From: Botryllus schlosseri
Lineage: Eukaryota
Direction of reading: 5' to 3'
DNA: 64,000 nt
NCBI GenBank assembly: GCA_051294905.1
Contig: CM119374.1
Span: 17,422,001-17,486,000, forward strand
The translations under genes and the position numbers were made by a program. Below, piece by piece: positions 50,901 to 60,800 of this stretch. The number at the start of each line of letters is the position of its first letter. The stretch's first letter is position 1. Below the pieces are notes generated by a model. That model worked only from the letters and a program-made list of their open reading frames with translations, made no database searches and had not been told where the DNA came from.

Positions 50901-53900
50901 TGTCAAGTAGCGATCCACCCTCGCAATGGTCTCGAGGCACTACGAAAAAAAGTTCATGATGGGTAAACAAAAAATTATTTTTGGATGCGTGTGATTTGCA
51001 TCGATTTTACTTGTGGCTTTAAACTATCCAAGTCATTATTACTGTCTCGACGTCATAATAGGTGCTACTGAAATACTCGGCCTGAAGCTTAAGACGATCT
51101 ACAATCTACATGTACTCGAGTCACCTAGTTACTCGGTTCTGCCCAGCCCTGCTCTCGAGCATAGTGGAATGCTTTTCGTCGATGGTGCGCTTTTTAGTTA
51201 ACAATGAACTTAACATTTTATACTTATTGAATGCTCTGTTCCTAACCTTTTCACTCTCGGAACTACCGAAGCGTTTTTCTGAAACTGCCCGCCTCCCGAA
51301 TTACAAGTGTCTGTAGCTCTGTACCTTTACATGAATGCTTCTTTGCTCTGGTGACTGACGAAACCCTATTTTGAAATAATCCACAAATAACAGACGGTCT
51401 TTGGGAAGTAACGGTGTTTGATTCGTGTTGTAAGGCCGTCATTACTACTGGCTATTTCGCTGTTCAGTGAGATCAGCTTCCGCGCTGACAGTTATTTTCC
51501 GAACCCTTTCCGACCGTACATTTGTAGTTGAGATTAATCGCATCCGATCGCGAATCATTGAGTGACATCAAGGTGGCTATTCTGCTTTTCGGTGGGCTTC
51601 ACCGTCGTGCTGATGCTTATCTGCTTATGCAACCAGCCTACTAACTATGGTGATGCGATACGACGGTGTGCCAAGTCTTTCTTGAAACACTGACGATTTA
51701 CTTATTTGGCTCCCGTCTACCTGTGTCGCATCTTCGATTTGAAAGCACTGCATCTTCCGGTGTTCGGCTACCTTACAACTTTGAGAGACGCTCTCCGCAC
51801 AGTAATGTGCGTTCAGTGTAAAATAGTATTCCTCTGGCATTGAACTTCGTTACTGAATCATGCATGATGGGATTCTAACCCGAGGCATGCTTCTTTGATA
51901 TCTTTCACTGATGGCTAACAGCAAGTCTAGTAATCGATGGTGACTTCGGACATATCAGTGTAGTGCTGTGTAGATATCGTACTCATATGCCATACATCGT
52001 ACAAACAGCAAGTCGGACAAAGAACGCAATCCTGGCACTCCGTCAAAGTCGGAAGATAGCGCCACTGTCATTCAAGCCACCACGACCAGTCCGGAAGGTC
52101 ACACGGTCAGCGTATTTACAGTGGCAACAAACCGCGGTGCCCAAGAACCCAGAGGGGAGGTTTGCGAGGAGAAACTAGTGAAACCCAGCACGCTCGACCG
52201 TAAAAAGATGAAGAGCAACCGTTCTAGAGATCAGCTTTCCCCTACGTCTGAGACCAGCGATAATTCGGACTTGTCGCAAGGCATGGCTGTCGAAGCGGCA
52301 CGGGCCGCCCAAAACTTGATATCCATGTCTAGGGGTAGTCTTGATCATTTGAATGTCGGGAATGATTCACCCGGGGCACCTTCGAAGTTTGGTCTGCGGT
52401 CATCTTTGCGGAAAAAGGATATTAACGCCACGGAGGGCCAGGCCGGAAGGTCTGAAACAGCGACACCCAGGAGAAGTCGCGTGCCAGAGACGCGGACACC
52501 TCGGTCGCGCAGCAACACGCGCCGTGATGTCAGGGACAGAAACAGGGGTCGGTCCGTGAGTCCGTCTGTTTCAGCCAGTAGTAATGGGGTCGCAATCCCC
52601 GTCAGGGACATGCGTTCGAGCAGTAAAACCCAGCTTGACGTGGACGAAAATCCCGGGACGGCCCCCAGATTTCAAAGAACCATCTCTACTCCGACTGGGT
52701 CAAAAGTGACACCGTCTCGCGACACAGGGTCTCCAAAAAGCAACAAAACTACTGGCATGCGTGACGAACCAATGACCCGGTCGAAATTGAGGCCGCCCGC
52801 GGTGCCGCGGGTGTCGACGCCTACCCCAGTGCGGAGCGCAAAGATGAATACGGACCTGACCAACGGTTGGCAGTCTGCCAGCAATCCTAACTTTGAAACT
52901 GGGCAGTCGGGCACACTGCCACGCGCCCCGAAATCGAACAAACGCCTGGAGCGGTCCGGTAGCACTTCCGGGTCTGTGTACCGGACTGATAGGCTGGCCA
53001 GGGCGAAACAGGCCAAGGGTAACGCAGTGGCGCAGGCGGGGTATAATTCGACGCCCAGGAGGGAAAGATACGATTATCCTCCTCCCAGTGAGGATTTGAG
53101 ATACAAAAGGTTACTATTTTCATTGCTACGTAGACTACCGGAGACTAAAGCTCAGAGATGGTCAATAGCCAATTGGGACAATTCTACTAAAGTACATAAT
53201 TCAACATTTCTTTAAAGTGAAACCTTGAATTTTTCGAGTAGGAAGTAGTATTTCGACAACTTTGCACCACTTTCAGGTCGGAAATCGCCATGGCCACCCC
53301 TTATTTTTTTCCATCAACAATCTACTTGTGTTGTCAGGCATTCACTTTTCTACTTAAACTGGAAATAGTTTTGACATGCCTCACTAATCACTATGTCTAT
53401 TCGAAGTATTTACAACCTAAGTTTTGCTTGTACTCTAGTTCTACCAACGATTGCTTTGACCATCTCTGCTAATATAAAGATTCTCGTACGACCGCTTGCC
53501 TGCGAGTCGACAACGGATCCTAATTTATCGATTTGTGTAGGAAATCGCTAACTGAGTCGTGTCCCACCCCATCGGCATCGCAAGCCGGCGTAGAGATGGT
53601 GGTGGGTTCCAAGCCGCCCTTACCCGCTTACCAAACGGCGACGCGTTGTAAAACGGCGTCTGTCGAGCTGAGGAAACGCAAGTCGTCTCACAGGAGGTAT
53701 CATTGAATGAGTAGAGGAAAAGGGTGATTCTATCTTCCGCGGGAAGATGGTGCGAAGCGAAAGTGGGAGGATTGGGATTTCTCATCCTTCCTTATCTCGC
53801 TTTCGGTACTCTCTTTTGAAGCTTTCTCTCTTAACGCTGCACGGATAAGAAGGTCAGGCGGAACAGATCTGAATTACTTGTCGCTCGTGACATCTGCTTG

Positions 53901-55142
53901 TGTTTCTCATTCTCTTTGTTTTTGCGCAGGCTATATGTGGTCTACGGGGTCCTGCTCTTGACAATTCTTACGTCGACGCCTCCTTCCAGTCTTCTATAAG
54001 AATTCTTTATTATGGCTTCATCGAAAATCGTTCATTTTCTCGCCATTTTGAGCCAGCCATGTTTCCTGTTGGGTCTTGTTATTGACAAATCTGCGGTCTA
54101 GTCTAGACCTTTTTCCGGCGTTTCACAAAACGAAATTCATAGACTTTGCGTTATCTATTACCGTCTCCGATATGCCACTCCCGAAAACAGCTTATTCCTT
54201 TCGTTGACAATCATTTTCCGGCGAACTATGTAGAAGTCACGTAACTTCATTCCTACAACTCTCTGTGATTTGCTTATTCCTGTCCTGTAATCAGTTCGTA
54301 CTCGAGGAAAGCTATTGCGATATCCTGCTTACCGCCATAAACTGAAAATCTGTTAGTACAGAAATCACACATACTCTGCGTAATCACAAGCATCATAGTC
54401 AGCGGTTACATATTTTCATCCGCTTAATACACACAATGCACATACACAGCGCGACGTGATGAACAGATAGGACGTCGAAACGACCAAGTACCAGTCCATC
54501 AGTCCGAATCCCACATTGGCGTAATGCCTGATGTAATAGTGTTCACACTGTTCAGCACTCTTCAATCTCGATCTTTTTCGACTGTCTTTCCTTTTGGTGA
54601 TTTCATCGCTCAAGTCATTGACTTCCTTGTATTCATCCTTCATCTAGGCTTTTTCGTAAGGACAGAACATCTTGACCTCGTCATTCTGTGTCCTTACCGA
54701 GTGACTTCGCAGTTGCACAATTCCGTGTCTCGTAAGCGAACGCACTTTGCATATACTTCTGCGACCCTAATGTTTCTTCATCAAAAACACGACGTAACAT
54801 TCTGTTTCCGCGCGCTTTTGCAGGTCCTTATCCGAAACCTGGAAGCAGCCACCCGGCACAGCGGCGCCGAACATGTCCAGGCAGGCGATTCACCATCACC
54901 GCCAACAGACTCAACCGCAACACTCGCCGCCCACTGTAGTGCCTGCCTCGCAACAGTACTACACTCGACATCTCCACCCTATGTACAACATGCAAATGAC
55001 GCAACACGGCAATATGGCAGACGGCAGGACGCAGCACGATCACCCGCGCAGGACAGCGTCGGCAGACGACCTGCTGTGGTCAAGCGCGGATGCGCGAGAC
55101 GCTAACGCCAACTTGCAATCGCAGCAGGGAACTCTCGTGTGA
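11966..55142 (+). CDS. FRMD4: FERM domain-containing protein 4 (FRMD4A/B co-orthologue; FERM + CUPID coiled coil + long low-complexity tail), 27 coding exons, ~1975 aa
   Basis: Exons: 11966-12028, 15645-15742, 16383-16481, 17700-17784, 17851-17907, 18032-18054, 18836-18919, 20277-20342, 20404-20461, 25202-25288, 34627-34881, 36432-36588, 37356-37507, 39779-40075, 40930-41086, 42534-42666, 42780-42974, 44091-44325, 46264-47271, 47450-47587, 47936-48082, 48144-48214, 48277-48467, 50140-50635, 52009-53109, 53541-53696, 54824-55142. All are GT-AG and phase-consistent (5928 nt). Diagnostic peptides MEGRKCAV, KVLEHD, YMSKVEKLTDYGVHFF, WRNLQNLFFREKKFSVEV, LIKSIWLMAIAQHQFY, QITKAAYKLAYDP, KKRLQSYQKSLKKLQ match FRMD4A/B. 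The N-terminal half is secure; tail exons rest on phase and ORF logic only. Confidence 0.92.
12200..12737. mobile_element. hAT-type MITE, TAGGGCAAGTTTTTGCAAC family
   Basis: TIR TAGGGCAAG / CTGCCCTA, GCAAC-rich subtermini, TSD ATAATTAG / TTAATTAG. Internal sequence shared with 59178-59654. Confidence 0.85.
14211..14470 (+). mobile_element. tRNA-derived SINE
   Basis: Pol III A box TAGTGTAATGG (14221-14231) and B box GGTTCGATCCC (14265-14275). No tRNA 3' acceptor stem; followed by a non-tRNA body (GGTGATACCAAAGACTCGAAAATTGGTA...) and a CT-rich tail. Confidence 0.8.
14986..15502. mobile_element. Tc1/mariner (Tc2/pogo-like) MITE
   Basis: TIR CCGTAATTTTCCATG / CATGGAAAATTACGG flanked by a TA TSD; subterminal GTGCGTATTATAC repeats. 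Confidence 0.85.
20659..21323. mobile_element. Fully palindromic (foldback) hAT-type MITE, 665 bp, related to 8759-9375
   Basis: TIR TAGGGCTCTTCAAAAATGAC / GTCATTTTTGAAGAGCCCTA with a perfect 8-bp TSD ATTTCCAT. Near-perfect arms around a ~31-nt A-rich spacer near 20975-21005. A related end fragment lies at ~22665-22730. Confidence 0.92.
23825..24031 (+). CDS. Candidate nested 68-aa two-transmembrane microprotein (intronic, sense to FRMD4)
   Basis: CGCCATG start context and two ~20-aa hydrophobic segments (GVFSVLALVLIVVMAWYSLL; YLILLITTWFAVLVSVLDLY) joined by a polar loop, downstream of CpG-rich DNA. No homology recognised. Confidence 0.35.
   Translation: MYLASRWHGVFSVLALVLIVVMAWYSLLSDQRATPDPYLILLITTWFAVLVSVLDLYKSLQCADSSRE
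26750..26858 (+). other. Candidate alternative first coding exon of FRMD4 (MAGFLNKRQSNDCTVQKGDDYGVSALSDDFGF)
   Basis: Acceptor TTATTTCAG (26749), ATG at 26763 and donor C|GTTAGT (26859), in phase 0 and in frame with exon 34627. Confidence 0.4.
26930..27230. mobile_element. AGTTCTAGTT-rich repeat element (MITE-like; end GTTGCCGAACACCT)
   Basis: Degenerate tandem units AGTAGTTCTAGTTCTAGTTGCGGATTTC. The same motifs continue at ~27480-27515 and 28038-28100 on both sides of a later insertion. Confidence 0.65.
27516..28029. mobile_element. hAT-type MITE (TAGGGCTGGGC family) nested in the AGTTCT element
   Basis: TIR TAGGGCTGGGCA / TGCCCAGCCCTA, perfect 8-bp TSD GTCGTCAG, CGAGTA/TACTCG subterminal motifs. 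Confidence 0.9.
33709..33798 (+). promoter_or_regulatory. Candidate internal TATA promoter with a short non-coding first exon
   Basis: TATAAAG at 33709-33715, GC box GGGCGG at 33791, donor GTGAGT at 33799 and a second donor GTAAGC at 33842, at the 3' edge of the CpG-rich domain. Confidence 0.3.
38096..38180 (+). repeat. Dispersed repeat, second copy at ~43046-43135
   Basis: Both sites share TGTCATGCATTCCTGGTT...CTGTAGT...TGTACTATA...CTGTGTA(C/T)CAAATAGC. Confidence 0.6.
39337..39545. mobile_element. MITE, CAGGGG(C)TATTTCAC...GATCACCTCTG family
   Basis: Shared ATGACAATTT, GTAGAAGTACTT and CCTACTTG(G)AGTACT motifs. Other copies or fragments at ~22960-23100 (reverse), ~58530-58760, 59710-59933, 60322-~60540 and 63575-~63890. 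Confidence 0.65.
41627..42296. mobile_element. Old hAT (Charlie-like) MITE
   Basis: Ends CAGGGATTCCCAACC / GGTTGGGAGCCACTG; degenerate TSD TCATGGAG / ATTTGGAG. Confidence 0.55.
44789..45985 (+). mobile_element. Internally deleted hAT transposon with a decayed transposase C-terminal (dimerisation) remnant
   Basis: TIR TAGGGTT / AACCCTA, perfect TSD GTTGCCAC, ACCGGTTAACCG/CGGATA subterminal motifs. Decayed peptides VQYWKDE*LIPDL..LALIPP and FSISGNQLRLH/RTNMFPEFEHSM resemble hAT dimerisation-domain motifs. Confidence 0.8.
46558..46740 (+). repeat. 81-nt coding tandem repeat (27-aa unit) in the FRMD4 tail
   Basis: ATG TC(T/C) codons at 46558, 46639 and 46720, exactly 81 nt apart: MSGQRPPNNSDNPMISQKYPVNVPNNH / MSGQHPTNTKDTQMSQMNPTKVPNSQI / MSDQRP. 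Confidence 0.75.
50702..51151. mobile_element. hAT-type MITE, TAGGGCTGGGC family, copy 2
   Basis: TIR TAGGGCTGGGCA / TGCCCAGCCCTG; degenerate TSD CTCTTGAT / CTCTCGAG. Confidence 0.75.
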
Positions 55143-56905
55143 TTCGAATATTGGGTTCCGGGAGTAGGAGCGTGCCACCTTATTTTTTTCTCCGTATTTC
55201 CTTTTCCCTGAGCACTTAATTCTCATTTCTTATTTGTTTGTTCGATTCTTTTGTTTGTCTGCATTGTGAACTTCGATCATGCGAATTCCGCTCTTTCTAT
55301 GCTATTGTGACAAGTGCTATCGTGTTGAATTTGCCTGAAGATAGATCTAATCTGCGCAAGGCTGGTGTGCGTTTCTGCGATCGGTTATTGGATCGCTGTA
55401 TCATCCGGTTGGTATTGGTAATGGCGTAAGCTTTGATTTCTAATAATAATATCATTTGTGTGTGCGATTGGGATTGGGACACCGATTAAGAAAACCAATT
55501 TTGTATGCGTTCTAGCAGTCTAATGCAGTGGTGCCTACGCGCCAGTGGCTCATGTGTGAAAATGTGAAGATAAACGTTACTGGTGTGTGGTATGGTCGGC
55601 AGCTCTGATAAAATTGATTCCTAACGCACATGGGCATTACGGCTTGTGCGCAAGACTACCCCGCCGTGTCACTGTCGTTCTCAGCTGCATTTTCCCGACG
55701 CATATTGCTCACGTTTCTGTAGCTAGCAGTCTAAGCCACCCTTTCTTCTTTCTTTGCAATAACGATTATTTTATTCATATTTTCTTGTGTTATAATGGCG
55801 ATGCGAGAATTTCTTAATAAACTGCTTTCTTACGGGTTGTGCGTTCTTGACGTAACGGTTGAGAAGTGTTGCTATTTTGTGGAAGTGGGCTAATACCGCA
55901 CAAGAACAGAACATGCAAGCATTCAATAGGGCTTGGATTAGGGATATGTGTCGATTTGGCGGTACGAGCGGGAATGCCACAAATCCCATTTCGATCATTC
56001 CTGGGTAACCTTATTCGAGTCGTACCGACTGAGCCATCATGAAGGTAGGAGCGTGCACGAATATGTTTTCGGGACTTCGTCTTGACATTTTGGATCTTCC
56101 ATCCCATTAATTGCAACTTCCAAAGAAGGACCTTGCCATAGTTTTATGACATTGTTAGATAACAACCCCGTATATAAGCGGTGTTTTACAAAAACCTGGA
56201 AGGGGGCCGGCAGATACGGAATCACAAAGCATATCAGCCTGGTCACTAGTGTAAATGAACATTGTAGTCGAAAAATACCATGGATAACACTAACACCAAC
56301 AGCCCCCATTGTCGTTCGCTCATCGACGCTTTTTACACAAGACCCTTCTATCGTGCCTCTCCATGTGATGGTAAAAATTGTATCTTCCGTTGACAATCGT
56401 GATTACGCAACTAGGCTACTCGTTAGTCTCCGTTCGTTTCGATCGCAAAACAAGCGTTGGGTATGCGAACAATGATAATTCCGAGGTTCGAGTTCACGGA
56501 CGAGATGGATGGGTTTATACCCTGTGAAGATTTTTGTAAGATAGCAGTTTTTTCCAGCAGTCCTAATGTTATAATCTGTAATCAGAATTCCTTGGATTTC
56601 CTCTAAGAATAATCCTAACATCTTCGAGCGGATGTTTGATTCACGAGTACAGGCTAATACTGCTGGATTTCGTGGAGGAAGTCCTGGGAAAATAGGTCTC
56701 CTCACTGCGCCAATTAAGATTAGCCGATGTTACGGGATGTAGTTTTCCAGTTGGAGAATGTAGGCTACTTACATAAATGCTCTGTTCTGTATCTGCCTGT
56801 GAATTCGTTCACACGTGGAAGATTATCCGATCCTGACAGCATTCGTATTTATGCGTATCTATTGGACCCGATAAGTCGGTTAGATGTTAGAAAACCCCGT
56901 TTTAT

Positions 56906-57411
56906 CAGGGTTGTAACCAAATCACAAGGCTCCGAGTCACAAGTCAATCTCACATTTATAGTTTTGACTCGAGTCATTTTCAATTCACCAGTGAGTCAAG
57001 TCCGAGTCCAAGTCAGCGAGCAAAGGGTCGAGTCCGAGTCATGGTGTTATGACTCGAGTCCGAGTCCAAGTCATTGTGTTGACTGATCAATTTCCAGTTA
57101 AAGTCTTGTTAAATTCACTTTTTATAACTCTGTTTGGTGATATCGAATGGTTCGTATTTATATTATACTACATTTCCTCACTTGTAGCAGTTCCTGGTCT
57201 CATTTTCCAGTACCAATAGACGAAACCCCATGTGGCTACTATTACTATTCCTCGAAATTACAATGAAATGTCGGTCTTGGCCGTCAGAGCCTCGAGTCAT
57301 ATGACTTGGTTCGAGTCAGGCGCAATGACTCGAGTCGAGTCATTTCCGTAGTTTGAGGAAATGACTCTAGTCATCAGAAAATCGTGACTCAAGTCGAGTC
57401 ATCTCAACCCG
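56906..57411. mobile_element. GACTCGAGTC-rich MITE (hAT-like), copy 2
   Basis: Ends CAGGGTTG / CAACCCG; colinear with 955-1375. Confidence 0.75.
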
Positions 57412-57808
57412 CCTGCTTGTTATGGACTGGCTACGCACCAGCGTACGACATAACCACGCCAAAGCCTGCAGTAGGCCTACTTCCTATTTGATTTGTTAAA
57501 GGAGTCTTCAAATAGATCTTCCGTACTGATTATTTTATTTCCTGTTTCTCTTTGCATTTTACCTGTTCCTTGTACTTTCTCGGTCACCCATATAAGCACA
57601 TATCAAGTGAAAGTTATTGTTACCATTTGATTGATAACGGATTCTAGAAAAACGAGAACAACACGATTAAATAAAACAGCTTTCCGCGTCTCATAGCTGA
57701 TAACAAGTTGGCCACCGCTGCATTTTCTCAGAGCTTCTTTTACCCATCACCGCCTGATCCCATGCAAACTGCTGTGCGCGAACACGATTGTCCGTAACGT
57801 TACTCCGA

Positions 57809-60800
57809 TCATAACTCGTCATCGACTCCTCGTATATGGCGAAAACTTGTGTTCCTCTTTGCTGGTGATCTCCTCTTTGGAGATTCATTTTCCTTGATGT
57901 AATCGACGATTTCGGGATACAGCAACGACGGCGCCTCCTTACCCCACAAAAAATCCAAATGGTCCCAACCCCTGATCTGCAAAAGTAATTTGCGGAGAGG
58001 ATAACCAGAGGGTCGAATGACGCTTTCGTCGAATGTCGCTTCCCTAAATTTCCCAACAAGACATAAGAATATAGTGACTTCACATAGATATACGCTGTGT
58101 CGCAACCAAACAAAGACCCCACAACGATTATTACGAAAATTGACGTGCGATATTCTGGCAACTTGAAGATATCACTTTTGTTGATATGAGTGAGCCTGGC
58201 CGCCTAGCGTCATCATAATTTTATATTCCCAAATATTTGCCGTTCACCGATTCGATAATGTTAAAATACCGCATGGTGTTAAGAACCACGACAGCGCAGA
58301 CGAAAATGAACCGCCTTCCCTCCATACGTCATAAATTCCTACTACGACACGAACCATTCTGAAGTGCACCATGCTCCTGAGGTTCGCCGCCAAATTCCTG
58401 CCATCGCGCGGGTCGGCGAGATCGTCCCTGGAGCCGAGAAACAAAACCAAAGGCGCCGTGATTCTGGCGACATCGTAGTCCGGAGGTTCCGTAGTGCCGT
58501 AGTTCTTCATATTTTCAGTTTCTGTATAAGGTGGTCAGATGTGGTCAAAAGCTCATAGTTGGTACTCGAGTGGCAGTATATGCGTAACGTGGTATATTTC
58601 TACTAAATTACAAGTAGAAATAGTGATTTATAATCTGCCAAAACTGCTTCAAGTGGAGGTAAAACATGAAAGTCTGAAGACCATCTTACTGAGGTAAGTA
58701 ATTCCAAAAGTATATTTGGTCGAGAAGTAGTATTCTTTTAGTAATCGATCAAGATGCATCTTACCGAATATCGTAGAATGACAAAATTACTAGGGCAAGT
58801 TTTTGCAACTTTTTTTTTACAGCTTCCGGCAGCTTCCTAAATACTCGTAAGATATGTAGAATGCTGTTTTAAGCTGTTTGAAGGAATCTTATAGTGCAAC
58901 TTTTGTCCATTTTTTTCATGCAACTCTTTGCAGCATTTTGCAACTTTTTCGATTATGAAAGTATTTTCGGTTTTGGTGAAATACACGGCCAAATTAGACT
59001 GAAACACCGTAAATCAGCACCGAAGTACGGGTATTTCGGGAGCTAAGCCGGTAAATTGACCTTTTTTTAGTCAACCGAGCACAATGTGGTCTTTTAGTGC
59101 AACTTTTGTCAAAAATTAATAAATAAATGCAACTTTCCGCGGATTTAACTGCAACAAAAACTTGCCCTACTAATTACTAGGGCAAGTTTTGGCAACTTTT
59201 TGAAGCTTCCGATAGCTTCATAAATGCTCAGAAGTTATGTAGTATGGTGTTTTAAGCTGTTAGGAGGATTCTTATTTTGCAACTTTTCTCCATTTTTTCA
59301 CGCAATTTTTTGTAATTTTTTCGATTTTGCATGAAACCAACTTTTTCTGGAAATATTTGGCACTATATGTAAATAGATCACTTGATTATTTGAGGTCCTT
59401 TCTGATTTGACGTTCATTCACGCTAGACCGCCGAAAATTATATATATTTTCACTGGGTCGATTTTTCAGGCTATTGATCTTGTTGAAGTCACCAGCGCTG
59501 AGTTTTGCTACTGTGCCATGGATACGGATCGATTCGACTATCTCATACCCTGATAATTTCAAGGAACTTGTCCATAAATGCAACTTTTTAGTGCAACTTT
59601 GTGAAAAATAAATGCAATTTTCCACGGATTTGACAGCAAAAAAAACTGGCCCTACTGATTACACTAGGAATATGTGTATTTCCGAAAGAAATATACAGGT
59701 GCAGTCATACAGGGGCTATTTCGCCGAGTCCTCATGACGATGCCACACATAAACGTGATGAAAACATCCCAAAGATAATTTCTACTTCGCAAAATCTAAT
59801 AGGTAATTTTGCCTTGTTTGGGAAGAAGTAGAAGTGCTCAAAAAACGTACGTACTTCAGTAAACAGTGCAAGTAGTAGAAAGCTACATGAGTACTATGTA
59901 AACGTAAAGGAACATCGTTACTGACCACCTCCGCGAGCGGCTCGATTTATGCAGAAGCGAGGCGCTAGTATCGCCTTAAAGACTTGAAATTGTGAAGCAG
60001 AAGAGGAAGTAATCTGAGATAATAACCACTCGGGTAAGAAATCCAAGCGAAGGCAATGCAAAACCTACTTGAGCAGTTCAAAAATGTAGAAGTAGGCTAC
60101 TTCAATCAATCAATCAGGTTTATTAATATTTTCACCGTTTCAAAACATCACAAGACTGCGATACAATGAAAGAATAGGAAGGTGTCGAAACAACTAGGAG
60201 TAGCCAATAAGATCAGACACCCACCTTAGTTACCTAGTCACCTTAGTCACTGACCATTTCTGCCAATGACACTCCAAAAAGGTATAGGATCTCCCAAAAT
60301 ATATATTCAGTTTCCATGATGCAGGGGCTATTTCACGCGGTTTAGATGACAATTTCATTCACAAAACTACTTTCTACCTTTCAAAATCTTGATCGTAAAA
60401 ACTGGTGTTCTAGAAGAATAGGGTTTCCATGTTTTTATATTGGAATCCAGAGAGGAGGACAATTTTTTAAATCTAAAAGCTAGATTACCGGAATTGAAAA
60501 CAGCTGATCTTAAAAAGTTTTACTGAAAATCATGTTGTGTAGACTAAAAAATACCATCACTCCGACTCGACTCCCGAAGACCGAATGACCCGCACGAACG
60601 TCCGCATTACATATTTCGCGTCGTTTATGGCATTGTTTAATGTTTGTTTAATGTTTTAAACAAAGGCCTTTAAATTTCTTTTCAAGTTGTAAAATTATGC
60701 CATAATTGTGTAAATACTTTCCAAAAAACATGCTGTATGAGCCCACGGACAATTACCACTCGATTTAGCTGACGTATATCGATATGGGATGGTTGGAACC

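Noticed and set aside
46273-53123. Numerous antisense and alternative-frame ORFs over the GC-rich FRMD4 exons (also 39686-40169 and 54524-55105)
   Set aside because: Shadow ORFs expected from GC-rich, stop-poor coding sequence.
56727-57086. 119-aa ORF
   Set aside because: Runs largely through the GACTCGAGTC MITE, which lacks stops in that frame.
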